DNA of 64,000 nucleotides from Pseudomonadota bacterium. GTDB lineage: Bacteria > Campylobacterota > Campylobacteria > Campylobacterales > Sulfurimonadaceae. This document shows positions 22,225-32,656 of this stretch, piece after piece. Position 1 is the first letter of the stretch, and each line of letters starts with the position of its first letter. The DNA is taken from assembly GCA_043797085.1 (NCBI GenBank), contig JAZDQA010000010.1, positions 59,732 to 123,731 on the forward strand, written 5' to 3'. The translations under genes and the position numbers were made by a program. The notes under the pieces are model-generated. The model had not been told where the DNA came from. It saw nothing but the letters and a program-made list of their open reading frames with translations, and made no database searches.

Positions 22225-23519
22225 CAACTATAAAACAGATTTATGACTCGCTTCCAAAAGAGTATCTTACATTTCTACGATACATTCCAGACAAACTCTT
22301 GTTTGGTAAATCGTACAGTGAGTGGAAACCAAAAATCTCGTTCGACAAACACCTGATCGATCAAAATCTCTACGATACTTTATCGTATGTCAGGGAACAC
22401 ACTCAGTACGGAAAAGAGCACATTACGGGCAACTTGGATCTAAAAAATGTCCGAAGTATTTTAGAATCATTGCCCCTCATCACTTCCTATGATCTCGCAA
22501 CCAACTTGGACTACTATACTTCCGATGAATACAATACCTTTAACTCCTACAGCGCGACAACAGGGGGGACCGGAGGGAGTCCTACCACCGTTCTTTTTTC
22601 AAATGAACTTTATGGAATCGAATGGGCACATGTTCACCATATCTGGTCATCCGTAGGCTACGATCACCTAAAAGATACGAAACTCACCCTGCGCGGCAAG
22701 ATGCTTCATGGGGATAAACTGGTCGAATACAATCCCCTCTATAATGAACTGGTTGTGGATGTTTTTAAAGTCAATTGTGATAATTTTGATCAGCTCCTCA
22801 AAGCAATCAAGCTCTACCCCATCAAATACATCCACGGCTACCCCTCGCTGGTCAAAGAGTATATGACCTATTTCGAATACCACAACTTTATTCCAAAACT
22901 CAACGGCATCCTTTTGACCAGTGAAGGGGTGAGTGCCAAAGAGAAAAAACAAATTGCCGACTTTTTCGGATGTAAAGTCCTCTCTTTTTACGGACAATCC
23001 GAAAGAGCTCTTATCGCAGCCGATTTTGATTCCAACGGTATTTATAAAGTCTATACTTCTTATGGATACCCCCGTATCGTGGATGGTGAACTGGTTATCA
23101 CTTCGTTTGTAAACCGTGCTCTTCCTCTCGTTAACTATAAAATAGGAGACGGTGCCGAGATAATCGAAGACGAGCACTGTTTGTATCTGAAAAATCTCAC
23201 GAGCCGACGGGGAAAAGATTTCGTCTATCTTACGAAAGAGAAAAAGATACCTTTGACCGCCTTAGGGCTCCATAGCACTATCCAAAACGAAATTCTTTAT
23301 TATCAATTTCATCAAAAAGAGTTTGGAAAAATCAAACTCTGGATCGCGCCAAAAATGACGACACTCCTTCCCTATAAAGAAATAGCCACTATTTTTGGCA
23401 ATCAAATAAAAGAAAGATTAAAAGATTTCGATGTCGATATCCGAATCGTCACTGAGAATAAGATTGTGAAGAGCTGCAAGGGAAAGCTAAGAATACTCGT
23501 GCAGGAGCTGAAAGTATGA
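22218..23519 (+). CDS. CapK-like / phenylacetate-CoA ligase family adenylating enzyme, copy 1
   Basis: P-loop TTGGTGGSP, IHGYPS, FYGQSE and PLVNYKIGD. Confidence 0.8.
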   Translation: MLATIKQIYDSLPKEYLTFLRYIPDKLLFGKSYSEWKPKISFDKHLIDQNLYDTLSYVREHTQYGKEHITGNLDLKNVRSILESLPLITSYDLATNLDYYTSDEYNTFNSYSATTGGTGGSPTTVLFSNELYGIEWAHVHHIWSSVGYDHLKDTKLTLRGKMLHGDKLVEYNPLYNELVVDVFKVNCDNFDQLLKAIKLYPIKYIHGYPSLVKEYMTYFEYHNFIPKLNGILLTSEGVSAKEKKQIADFFGCKVLSFYGQSERALIAADFDSNGIYKVYTSYGYPRIVDGELVITSFVNRALPLVNYKIGDGAEIIEDEHCLYLKNLTSRRGKDFVYLTKEKKIPLTALGLHSTIQNEILYYQFHQKEFGKIKLWIAPKMTTLLPYKEIATIFGNQIKERLKDFDVDIRIVTENKIVKSCKGKLRILVQELKV

Positions 23520-23577
23520 CCAATCACTATCGATTTCAAATCGCTTTTCACACTTTTAATGAAAGAGAGGACTATTG

Positions 23578-24879
23578 ATGCTGTTTTATCTAAAAAAAAT
23601 ATATGATCTTCTCCCAAAAGAGCACCTGAGATTTCTGCGATACATTCCCGATGAACTTTTGTTTGGTAAATCGTACAGTGAGTGGAAACCCAAAATCTCG
23701 TTCGACAAACACCTGATCGATCAAAATCTCTACGATATCTTATCGTATGTCAGAGAACACACTCAGTACGGAAAAGATCACATTACGGGCAACTTGGATC
23801 TAAAAAATGTCCGAAGTGTTTTAGAATCATTGCCCTTCATTACTTCTTATGATCTCGCAACCAATTTGGACTACTATACTTCCGATGAATACAATACGTT
23901 TAACTCCTACAGCGCGACAACAGGCGGGACAGGCAGACACCCCACAACCGTTCTTTTTTCGAATGAACTTTATGGAATCGAATGGGCACATGTTCACCAT
24001 ATCTGGTCGTTTGCATTCTACGACCGCAAAAGAGATACGAAACTCACCCTGCGCGGCAAGATGCTTCATGGGGATAAACTGGTCGAATACAATCCCCTCT
24101 ATAATGAACTGGTTGTGGACACGTACAAAGTCAATCATGATAATTTTGATCAGCTAATAGAGGCTATCAAACCCTATGATGTCAAATACATCCACGGCTA
24201 CCCCTCGCTGGTCAAAGAGTATATGACCTATTTCGAATACCACAACTTTATTCCAAAACTCAACGGCATCCTTTTGACCAGTGAAGGGGTGAGTGTCCTG
24301 GAAAAAAAACAGATTTCCGACTTTTTCGGATGTAAAGTCCTCTCTTTTTACGGACAATCCGAAAGAGCTCTTATCGCAGCCGATTTTGATTCCAACGGTG
24401 TTTATAAAGTCTATACCTCTTATGGGTATCCCCGTATCGTGGATGGTGAACTGGTTATCACTTCGTTTGTAAACCGTGCACTTCCTCTCGTTAACTATAA
24501 AATAGGAGACGGTGCCGAGATAATCGAAGACGAGCACTGTTTGTACCTGAAAAATCTCACGAGCCGACGGGGAAAAGATTTCGTCTATCTTACGAAAGAG
24601 AAAAAGGTATCGACAACACTCCTCGCGATGAACACCAATGTTGAAAAAGAGATTCTCTATTATCAGATACATCAAAAAGAGTTTGGAAAAATCAACATAT
24701 TATTATTATTAAAATTAGATAGTCTTAGGTCATCTGAAAAACTGTCAAAAACTTTTGCTGATGCCATAAAGAGAGAGCTCAAAAATTTTGAGATAAATGT
24801 GAGAGTAGCGAAAGAACACGAAATTATTAAAAGCCATAGAGGCAAAATGATTCTATTGGTGCAGGAGTTGGACGTATGA
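23578..24879 (+). CDS. CapK-like adenylating enzyme, copy 2
   Basis: Same motifs (TTGGTGRHP); long near-identical DNA to copy 1 at offset 1360. Confidence 0.8.
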   Translation: MLFYLKKIYDLLPKEHLRFLRYIPDELLFGKSYSEWKPKISFDKHLIDQNLYDILSYVREHTQYGKDHITGNLDLKNVRSVLESLPFITSYDLATNLDYYTSDEYNTFNSYSATTGGTGRHPTTVLFSNELYGIEWAHVHHIWSFAFYDRKRDTKLTLRGKMLHGDKLVEYNPLYNELVVDTYKVNHDNFDQLIEAIKPYDVKYIHGYPSLVKEYMTYFEYHNFIPKLNGILLTSEGVSVLEKKQISDFFGCKVLSFYGQSERALIAADFDSNGVYKVYTSYGYPRIVDGELVITSFVNRALPLVNYKIGDGAEIIEDEHCLYLKNLTSRRGKDFVYLTKEKKVSTTLLAMNTNVEKEILYYQIHQKEFGKINILLLLKLDSLRSSEKLSKTFADAIKRELKNFEINVRVAKEHEIIKSHRGKMILLVQELDV

Positions 24880-24946
24880 AAACGAATCATTCTAAAATCA
24901 TTTTTACCGTATTGGGTTTAAGAAAGAAGTTAAAGGAGATATCACA

Positions 24947-26248
24947 ATGCTGGCGACTATGAAACAAATTTATGATGTACTGCCCAAAAGATATCTGACC
25001 TTTCTACGCTACATTCCTGACAGGATTTTATTTGGCAAATCCTATATCCAATGGAAACCAAAGGTCTCGTTTGATAAAAGTCTGATTGATCAGAATTTAT
25101 TTGATACGCTCAATTATGCACGAGAGCAAACCAGATATGGCAAAGATCATATACCTGAGAAATTTGATATTTCGGATGTCAAAACTGTTCTTGAATCCTT
25201 GCCAATAGTCACTTCGTATGATATAGCAACCAATTTGAATTACTATACCTCAGATGAGTTTAATCGATTTAACTCGTATAAGACCACTACCGGCGGATCA
25301 GGGAGAAATCCGACAACCCTTTTACTCTCCAACGAACTTTACGGTGTCGAGTGGGCACATGTTCACCACATTTGGTCTTTAGCAGATTACAAACGACAAA
25401 GAGATACAAAGCTTACCCTTCGAGGAAAAAGCCTAAAAGGGGATAAACTTGCAGAATACAATCCTCTCTATAATGAGCTTGTCGTAGATACGTATAAAAT
25501 AAACCATACTAATTTTAAACAACTTTTAGATGAAATTAAAAAATATAATATTAAATACATTCATGGCTACCCCTCTCTTGTAAAAGAATACATGGGCTAC
25601 TTCGAGATGTACGATTACATCCCAAAGCTTAATGGAATTTTTTTAGCCAGTGAAGAATCGAGTGTTGATGAAAAAAAAGCCATGAGCGATTTTTTCTCTT
25701 GTAAGGTTATTTCATTTTATGGACAATCAGAACGGGCACTTATCGCCGTAGATATTGACTCCAACAATCTGCATAGAGTCTACACCTCCTATGGATACCC
25801 CAGAGTTATTGACGGTGAACTTATAATAACTTCCTTTGTCAATCGTGCCTTACCTCTTATCAATTATAAAGTAGGTGACGGTGCGGAACTGATCGAAGAT
25901 GAACATTACGTATACCTAAAAAACTTAACCGGCAGATGGGGAAAAGATTTCATCTATTTAAATAAAGATAAAAAGATTCCAACCACCGCTATCAATCTTC
26001 ATTCTCACATACAAAGTGAAATTGTTTATTATCAAATACACCAAAAAGAATTCGCAAAAATCGAGATAAAAATTCTTAAAAAACCACTCAGCAGCCTCTC
26101 TTCACAACAGCTTTTAGAAATATTTACGCATGAAATGAAATCAAATTTAAAAGATTTCGAAATCAGTGTGATCATTGTCAATGAAAATGAAATTGTTAAA
26201 AGCACCAGAGGTAAAATGATTTTGCTTGTTCAAGAATTGAAAGTTTGA
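24947..26248 (+). CDS. CapK-like adenylating enzyme, copy 3
   Basis: Same motifs (TTGGSGRNP); more diverged at the DNA level; strong RBS AAAGGAG. Confidence 0.8.
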   Translation: MLATMKQIYDVLPKRYLTFLRYIPDRILFGKSYIQWKPKVSFDKSLIDQNLFDTLNYAREQTRYGKDHIPEKFDISDVKTVLESLPIVTSYDIATNLNYYTSDEFNRFNSYKTTTGGSGRNPTTLLLSNELYGVEWAHVHHIWSLADYKRQRDTKLTLRGKSLKGDKLAEYNPLYNELVVDTYKINHTNFKQLLDEIKKYNIKYIHGYPSLVKEYMGYFEMYDYIPKLNGIFLASEESSVDEKKAMSDFFSCKVISFYGQSERALIAVDIDSNNLHRVYTSYGYPRVIDGELIITSFVNRALPLINYKVGDGAELIEDEHYVYLKNLTGRWGKDFIYLNKDKKIPTTAINLHSHIQSEIVYYQIHQKEFAKIEIKILKKPLSSLSSQQLLEIFTHEMKSNLKDFEISVIIVNENEIVKSTRGKMILLVQELKV

Positions 26249-26251
26249 CCC

Positions 26252-27829
26252 ATGAAGATGCAACAACTGAGCCGATTCATTACTACGGTAAAATTTTTAA
26301 CCTGCAAACAAATAGCCTATCGGCTTTTTTATACTCTGAGAAATAGACTCCGGTATTTACAAAAATATCAGCATAAGTTACTCACTGCATCAAGAGTTGC
26401 AACCCTCACATTACAGCCATCTATTCACGCGTATCCTTCCTGCGATGATAACCGATTTACCTTTTTAAATCTTTCCAAAACATTCGATACGACAATTGAT
26501 TGGAACTATTCTCAATATGGCAAACTTTGGACCTACAATCTGACCTATTTTGATTTTTTGCATCAAGAGGAGATGAGTAAAGAAAAAGCTCTTGAGCTCA
26601 TCCACAACTTTATCGATCAATCTGCTTCTATCCACGATGGATTTGAGCCTTTTCCCATCTCTCTGCGAGGAATAAACTGGATTAAATTTCTTGTAAAACA
26701 TGAAATTAGTGACGTAAAAATCAATGATTCGCTCTTTGCACATTATCACATTTTACTGGACAATCAAGAATACCATCTACTAGGCAACCATCTCCTCGAA
26801 AACGGCTTTAGCCTCCTTTTTGGAGCGTATTATTTTCATGATGACTCGTTTTACAAAACAGCCAACAAGATTTTGACAGCCCAGATAGAAGAACAGATTC
26901 TCCCCGATGGCGCCCATTTCGAACTTAGTCCGATGTACCATCAGATTATGCTCTATCGAGTCTTGGACTGCATCAATTTGCTAAAAAATAATCTGTGGAA
27001 AGATAAAGGACTTTTAACCCTTTTGGAATCCAAAGCCCAGACGATGTTAGGATGGCTAGAAGCAATCACCTACGGTGATGGGGCGATTCCTCTGCTCAAC
27101 GACAGCACCAACGGTATTGCCCCCACAACGAAAGAACTGACCCAATATGCTGCACTTCTTGGTCTACAAGCACGACACCTTCCGCTCAAAGAATCCGGCT
27201 ATCGCAAAATAGCCAAAGAGACGTATGAGTGTATCGTCGATGTCGGGAATATAGGACCCGATTATATCCCCGGACATGCGCACAGTGATACCTTTAACTT
27301 TGAACTTCATATTGATGGAAAACCAATCATTATCGATACCGGACTTTCCACCTATGAAACCAATGCCCGACGCAATACAGAACGCTCCACATCATCCCAT
27401 AACACCGTTATGATAGACGACAAAGAGCAAAGCGAAGTCTGGGGAGGATTCCGAGTTGCAAGACGAGCCAAAATAACTGATCTGCACGAAGACGTCGATT
27501 GGATTGAAGCGACCCATGACGGATATACAAAAATCGGTGTACTGCATACACGACAGTTCTCTTTTGAAAATCACAAAATTATTATCAGGGATACCATTCA
27601 AAGTGCAACGCATCACCATTGCATAGCATTTTTACATCTGCATCCTGATGTTTTGGTACGTATTAATCACGATACAGCTCACATAGGCAGCTGCTCAATC
27701 CTTTTCACCGAATACCAAAAGATCGAACTCGATACTTACCAATACGCACCGGAGTTTAATACACTCATCGAGGCTTTTGTTATTAAAATCACCTTCACCA
27801 AAAATTTAACCATGGAGATAACCCTATGA
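26252..27829 (+). CDS. Heparinase II/III family protein
   Basis: EYHLLGNHL, DGAHFELSPMYH, PGHAHSD, HNTV and HDGY. Confidence 0.87.
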   Translation: MKMQQLSRFITTVKFLTCKQIAYRLFYTLRNRLRYLQKYQHKLLTASRVATLTLQPSIHAYPSCDDNRFTFLNLSKTFDTTIDWNYSQYGKLWTYNLTYFDFLHQEEMSKEKALELIHNFIDQSASIHDGFEPFPISLRGINWIKFLVKHEISDVKINDSLFAHYHILLDNQEYHLLGNHLLENGFSLLFGAYYFHDDSFYKTANKILTAQIEEQILPDGAHFELSPMYHQIMLYRVLDCINLLKNNLWKDKGLLTLLESKAQTMLGWLEAITYGDGAIPLLNDSTNGIAPTTKELTQYAALLGLQARHLPLKESGYRKIAKETYECIVDVGNIGPDYIPGHAHSDTFNFELHIDGKPIIIDTGLSTYETNARRNTERSTSSHNTVMIDDKEQSEVWGGFRVARRAKITDLHEDVDWIEATHDGYTKIGVLHTRQFSFENHKIIIRDTIQSATHHHCIAFLHLHPDVLVRINHDTAHIGSCSILFTEYQKIELDTYQYAPEFNTLIEAFVIKITFTKNLTMEITL

Positions 27830-29088
27830 AAATTTTATTTATTACCGATAACTTTCCGCCTGAGGTCAACGCTCCCGCTACTCGTACCTATGAACACGTT
27901 CAAGAGTGGATCCAACACGGGGCCGAAGTAACAATCATAACCTGTGCACCAAACTTCCCTCACGGGCATGTTTATGACGGCTATAAAAATAAACTCTATC
28001 AAAAAGAAAATATGGATGGTATAGAAGTAATCCGTGTTTGGAGTTACATCACGGCAAACAGCGGATTTGTAAAACGGGTGCTTGATTATATGAGCTTTGC
28101 TTTTATGGCATTTTGGGTGGGCTTGTTTCAAAAATATGACGTCATCATCGCCACATCACCGCAGTTTTTTACGACATGGACAGCATCAGGACTCTCCAAG
28201 ATACGGCGAAAACCATGGATTTTTGAACTGCGCGATCTATGGCCTGAATCGATTAAAACGGTCGGGGCAATGAAACAGGGAATCGCGATTGAGATATTAG
28301 AGAAAATAGAACTTTTTCTCTACCGTGATGCGACACGTGTCATCACCGTCACCGATGCTTTTAAAGCCAATCTGATACGACGCGGCATTGTTGAAAAAAA
28401 AATAAATGTGATCACCAACGGTTCGAATGTAGAACTGTTTTATACACGTCCGAAAAATCAGCTGTTATTGGATCAGCTCAATCTAAACGGAAAATTTATC
28501 GTAGGCTACATCGGCACACACGGTCTGGCACACAGTCTCGATTTTATCGTCCGAAGCATTTCCAAAATCTCTGACCCTGACATCCATTTTCTCTTTATCG
28601 GTGATGGTGCGATGAAAAGCACTATCGTCACCTTATCACGAGAACTCAACCTCACCAATGTCACATTTTTAAATCCGATATCCAAAGAGCAAGTCCCAGA
28701 TTATCTTTCTATTTGTGATGTTTCACTCGCTCCTCTCAAAAAAGAAGATAATTTTAAAACAGTTATACCCTCTAAAATTTTTGAAGCATCAGCGATGCAG
28801 AAACCGACTTTACTGGGGGTTGAAGGAGAGGCTCAGGGGATTATTGAATACCATCACGCAGGGTTGTGTTTCGAACCTGAAAATGAAAAGGATTTCATTG
28901 AGAAAGTGATTTTAATCAAAGAAAATCCAAAAATATATCAAGAACTTCAGCAAGGATGTAAAACCCTTGCCGAAGCGTATGATCGGAAAAAGCTTGCAAA
29001 CCGTATGCTTTCAATCATCACTAATCTCAACAGTACGGTCAACTATATCCCGCAATATCAGGGGACTATTAATGCTTTACAACGGTAG
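27826..29088 (+). CDS. Glycosyltransferase family 4 (WbuB-like)
   Basis: NFPPEVNAPATR, PNFPHG, ATSPQFF, ELRDLWPES and IPSKIFE. Confidence 0.9.
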   Translation: MKILFITDNFPPEVNAPATRTYEHVQEWIQHGAEVTIITCAPNFPHGHVYDGYKNKLYQKENMDGIEVIRVWSYITANSGFVKRVLDYMSFAFMAFWVGLFQKYDVIIATSPQFFTTWTASGLSKIRRKPWIFELRDLWPESIKTVGAMKQGIAIEILEKIELFLYRDATRVITVTDAFKANLIRRGIVEKKINVITNGSNVELFYTRPKNQLLLDQLNLNGKFIVGYIGTHGLAHSLDFIVRSISKISDPDIHFLFIGDGAMKSTIVTLSRELNLTNVTFLNPISKEQVPDYLSICDVSLAPLKKEDNFKTVIPSKIFEASAMQKPTLLGVEGEAQGIIEYHHAGLCFEPENEKDFIEKVILIKENPKIYQELQQGCKTLAEAYDRKKLANRMLSIITNLNSTVNYIPQYQGTINALQR

Positions 29089-31447
29089 CATTTGTATAAA
29101 ATTTTCCATGATCGCCGGTAACATCGATTGTTTTTACGCCATAGCCGTTAATGGTATAGCCATTCTTATCTTGGCTTCCTGTAACGATATTATTCTTTAA
29201 TATCAGTTTGCTAAAATTTGCATTCCAACAAGCGAATGCAGACCCGATGTTATTGGCAAGATTATTATCTTTTACCGTAACAACACCGATTGAATTTGGA
29301 CTCATATATACCAATCCGGCACCTTCTGAAGCATTTCCGTTAAAATTGATATCATTATTATGATAGGTTATATTATGTGCAGCGGGTGATTTTGCTCCTG
29401 CCACAACATTATTGTGCAAATAGTTACCTGCAACCTCAACATTTTCATTTGTGCTCATATCAATACCATAATTATCGTTTCCATAAAATTCATTCGAGTA
29501 GATCAATGTATTTGCCAAACCATTTATTTTAAGATCCATACCGTGCATCCCATTGTATGATTTGCTGTATCTTACCGTTATTCTTGAATTTGCCAAATAA
29601 TCATCTCGATAAAAAGAAATACCAGAACCTTGATCGATTTTAAAATTCTTTGCTTCTATAAATTCTACAAGGACATTGCTTTTTGCTACATACGCATTGA
29701 TACCATTCAACGTTTTACTATTACCATTAACGGTAAAATTTCTAACGACAATGTTTCCTCCGCGAAGATTGACAGCAGAAGTAGCGTCACTTCCTGAAAT
29801 CGTATTGCTCAGTATGGTTTTCCCCATCCCGGCACCTTGTAAAATTACATTACTGTTATTAATGCTGATCCCGTTGACTGTATTGATGGTACAAGCAGGC
29901 ATATTCACCGTTCCACCCGCACTTGGGACAGCGTTAATGGTATCTTGCAAAGCTTTTTGCGTACACGAAGGTACTTGATAAACATTAGCAGCAGGGACAG
30001 TAAATGTTTGGAATCCCCATGTTGGATTTTCAAGAGGCAAACACTCTTTGCTTTGAATACGATAATATTGATCTTTACCACATGGCGCTGCCGTTGTGGT
30101 ACTTGGTGGTGTTGTTGTCACAGGTGGCGTTGTTGTCACAGGTGGCGTTGTTGTCACAGGCGGCGTTGTTGTCACAGGCGGCGTTGTTGTCACAGGCGGC
30201 GTTGTTGTCACAGGCGGCGTTGCAGCTGTCGTGAGATCAGAAAGTGTCAAAGAATCGACCTGACTCGAAGTGATACGCCCATTCACCCTTTTATTTAACA
30301 CTCTATTCGTAGATGCCGATGACTTGTATTTCCAGCTTGAAGAGGAACTGCTGTATGCACTTGCTTGCATTGTGGTAAGGACACCTGAAGGTTGTGCATT
30401 CAACGAAAGTGTCGAATCTTTGAGAACGGCTGTTTCGTCCACATTAATGCTGTATTTTCCATAGTTATCGGACACTCCTGAACCCAATTTGGTCGTACCT
30501 AAATAGAGTTCAACCGTTGCGCCGCCAACGATATTAGCACCGGTTTCAGAGGTTGTCACCAATCCTGATATTTGCAGTTTTCCGTTTGGAACATTTTTAG
30601 CCACCATTGCACTCAACGCATCCGTACCGTTGAGAACCGCTTGGACTCTGGAGTCATGAATAAAACTTTCCACCGCAGCTTCTCCATATTGTGTATCGCT
30701 GTTTGGATCTGTCGCGAAAGAGTTAATAGCCTCTTTGAGCGCATTATCTCCGGTTGCAGATGATGCAACTATTTTATCAGCAAAATCTCGGCTAAACGCT
30801 TTAATCTCTATTCCATTATCCGATGCAGCAGAGAGTATTGCATTAACTTTTCGATTTAACGGCTGATTTTCAGCACTTGCTTTAAACGCCAATGCACGAC
30901 CATTTGCTCCAAATCCGAGCTTATTTGCCAAGGTATCAACGTTAGGACCGGAATAGAACCCAGCTAAAGTTGCGAGAGGATTAACGGATAAAACCTCATC
31001 CTCCAATATTGCCGTTGACGTTATAAGCGGAGCACTCTGTGTCGATTCATTGACATCCAAGACTCCATTTCCATTCGTATCCATAAAGCCGCCTATGGCA
31101 GTAATGTAAGATGGCTTGGCTTTACAGTTATTAAGCGTATACTTCCCTTTCCCTATTTCAGTGAAACCTTCACATACTGTGGCTTCTACAAGATTTCCTG
31201 ATGCATCGGGAACAGTTCCCGTAGCAATCACTCTTGCGCCAACGATTGAATCATCCGCGACTATAACAGTATAATCAGCATCGCTACTCTCAATACTTGT
31301 TCCATAATCAGCACCGGTACTTACACTGGCAACGCCAGCAGCAGCACTTCCGCCTTCACTTCCTCCGCCACAACCGGCAACTAAAAATCCGACACTAACT
31401 AAACCTACAATAGATTTTAAATTAAATTGTCTTTTTTGATTTAACAT
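29069..31447 (-). CDS. Large lipoprotein with Pro/Thr repeat linker and C-terminal parallel beta-helix (pectate lyase-like) domain
   Basis: Lipobox LVAGC; RBS GAGGAG before ATG 31447; (TTTPPV)x6; ALQDTINAV..GGTV..SNVILQGAGMGKTIL followed by Asn/Gly-rich coils. Confidence 0.72.
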   Translation of the reverse strand: MLNQKRQFNLKSIVGLVSVGFLVAGCGGGSEGGSAAAGVASVSTGADYGTSIESSDADYTVIVADDSIVGARVIATGTVPDASGNLVEATVCEGFTEIGKGKYTLNNCKAKPSYITAIGGFMDTNGNGVLDVNESTQSAPLITSTAILEDEVLSVNPLATLAGFYSGPNVDTLANKLGFGANGRALAFKASAENQPLNRKVNAILSAASDNGIEIKAFSRDFADKIVASSATGDNALKEAINSFATDPNSDTQYGEAAVESFIHDSRVQAVLNGTDALSAMVAKNVPNGKLQISGLVTTSETGANIVGGATVELYLGTTKLGSGVSDNYGKYSINVDETAVLKDSTLSLNAQPSGVLTTMQASAYSSSSSSWKYKSSASTNRVLNKRVNGRITSSQVDSLTLSDLTTAATPPVTTTPPVTTTPPVTTTPPVTTTPPVTTTPPVTTTPPSTTTAAPCGKDQYYRIQSKECLPLENPTWGFQTFTVPAANVYQVPSCTQKALQDTINAVPSAGGTVNMPACTINTVNGISINNSNVILQGAGMGKTILSNTISGSDATSAVNLRGGNIVVRNFTVNGNSKTLNGINAYVAKSNVLVEFIEAKNFKIDQGSGISFYRDDYLANSRITVRYSKSYNGMHGMDLKINGLANTLIYSNEFYGNDNYGIDMSTNENVEVAGNYLHNNVVAGAKSPAAHNITYHNNDINFNGNASEGAGLVYMSPNSIGVVTVKDNNLANNIGSAFACWNANFSKLILKNNIVTGSQDKNGYTINGYGVKTIDVTGDHGKFYTNATVVKH
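30111..30218. repeat. Six 18-bp tandem repeats GTTGTTGTCACAGGYGGC (encode TTTPPV on the minus strand)
   Basis: Units start at 30111, 30129, 30147, 30165, 30183 and 30201. Confidence 0.95.
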
Positions 31448-31561
31448 TATAAACTCCTCTGAATTATTCAAACGGAGAAATATAACATTGCCATGTTAAT
31501 GAGATATAAATGAGCTTTTAAACTACAAACGATAAAAAATATGCACTCCTTTAAAATTTTC

Positions 31562-32656
31562 TTATGTTTTCAAATAACTCCCGTTCAATAGCAAACTTGC
31601 GATTTGATATCTTTGGATGAAATATACATGCAGAAAATAGGCGAATATCGCAGTGCTTAACGATATCACCATAAATCCCAAAACAGGATTTCGAATCTGT
31701 TCATTGAAGACATGGAAAAATCCTACAATAAAAGGCTGATGGAGCAAATAGATGGTATACGATGAATCAGAAAGTTTTCGAACCGTCTTGCTGGAATTAT
31801 TAAACAGCTTTATGGATTTAAAGGCTAGAATAATGGATAAGCTTAAAATTATCGATAGATATATTTCCAAAACTAGTGAAAACAGTTTTATAAAAAATCC
31901 CTCATTATAAAAAATCAACATTTTAGACATAACCAATAATATCGCTATCGATAAAAATATATGGTATTTAAGTTTTTGATAATTGACAACGTCTTCTAAT
32001 ATCTGCCGATTAAAATAGAATAAATATCCAAGTACATAAAAAGGAAAATATTTAAAAAGAGCCGGAATTTCAACAAAAAATATCTTATCTGCCAAATTTA
32101 CCGTAATCATATGTCCAACCAAATAGAAGAAAAATGAAAACAGCATAAATTTTAGAATAAAATATTTCTTTGAAGTTTGTGCAAAAAACTCAAAAACAGC
32201 AGTAACCGTATTCTTTTTTTTCAAAATAAAAATAGTAGTTATAGCGATATAGACAATCAAGTTTCCCAAAAACCACAAATGTCCCACCCAGTCTCCGTTG
32301 AGGAAATACGTCCATCCGGTTGTCAAAACAGGCATCGCCGTACTCCATTCGTTCATATAATAGTTTAACGTGAATCCTATCATCAGCATGGGAATTCCAA
32401 GTCTAATTAACCGCTCATGTAAAAAGTTTTTTGCCCCTTTTTTTTCAATCAACATTGCTGCAAAAAATCCGGCAACAATATAAAAACCTTGCATTCTAAA
32501 AAGATGCATTACGTATGAGAAATAGTCAAAAAAAACATTAAGTTCCTCTCCTGCGACCAACCATACTTCTGAAGTAGTATAAATTAATGCCGTATGATAA
32601 AAAACACCTAAAATCATAAAAATGGCTCGTGCGGAGTCCATATAATGATATCTCAT
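31562..32656 (-). CDS. Acyltransferase family 3 (OpgC-like)
   Basis: RYHYMDSARA, GVFYH, HLFRMQGFYIVAGFF, HLWFL and SYTIYLLHQP. Confidence 0.88.
   Translation of the reverse strand: MRYHYMDSARAIFMILGVFYHTALIYTTSEVWLVAGEELNVFFDYFSYVMHLFRMQGFYIVAGFFAAMLIEKKGAKNFLHERLIRLGIPMLMIGFTLNYYMNEWSTAMPVLTTGWTYFLNGDWVGHLWFLGNLIVYIAITTIFILKKKNTVTAVFEFFAQTSKKYFILKFMLFSFFFYLVGHMITVNLADKIFFVEIPALFKYFPFYVLGYLFYFNRQILEDVVNYQKLKYHIFLSIAILLVMSKMLIFYNEGFFIKLFSLVLEIYLSIILSLSIILAFKSIKLFNNSSKTVRKLSDSSYTIYLLHQPFIVGFFHVFNEQIRNPVLGFMVISLSTAIFAYFLHVYFIQRYQIASLLLNGSYLKT

Noticed and set aside
29945..30298. Cys/Arg/His-rich ORF (CCHRRR repeats) suggesting a metallothionein
   Set aside because: Alternative-frame reading of the 18-bp repeat inside the lipoprotein gene; no RBS
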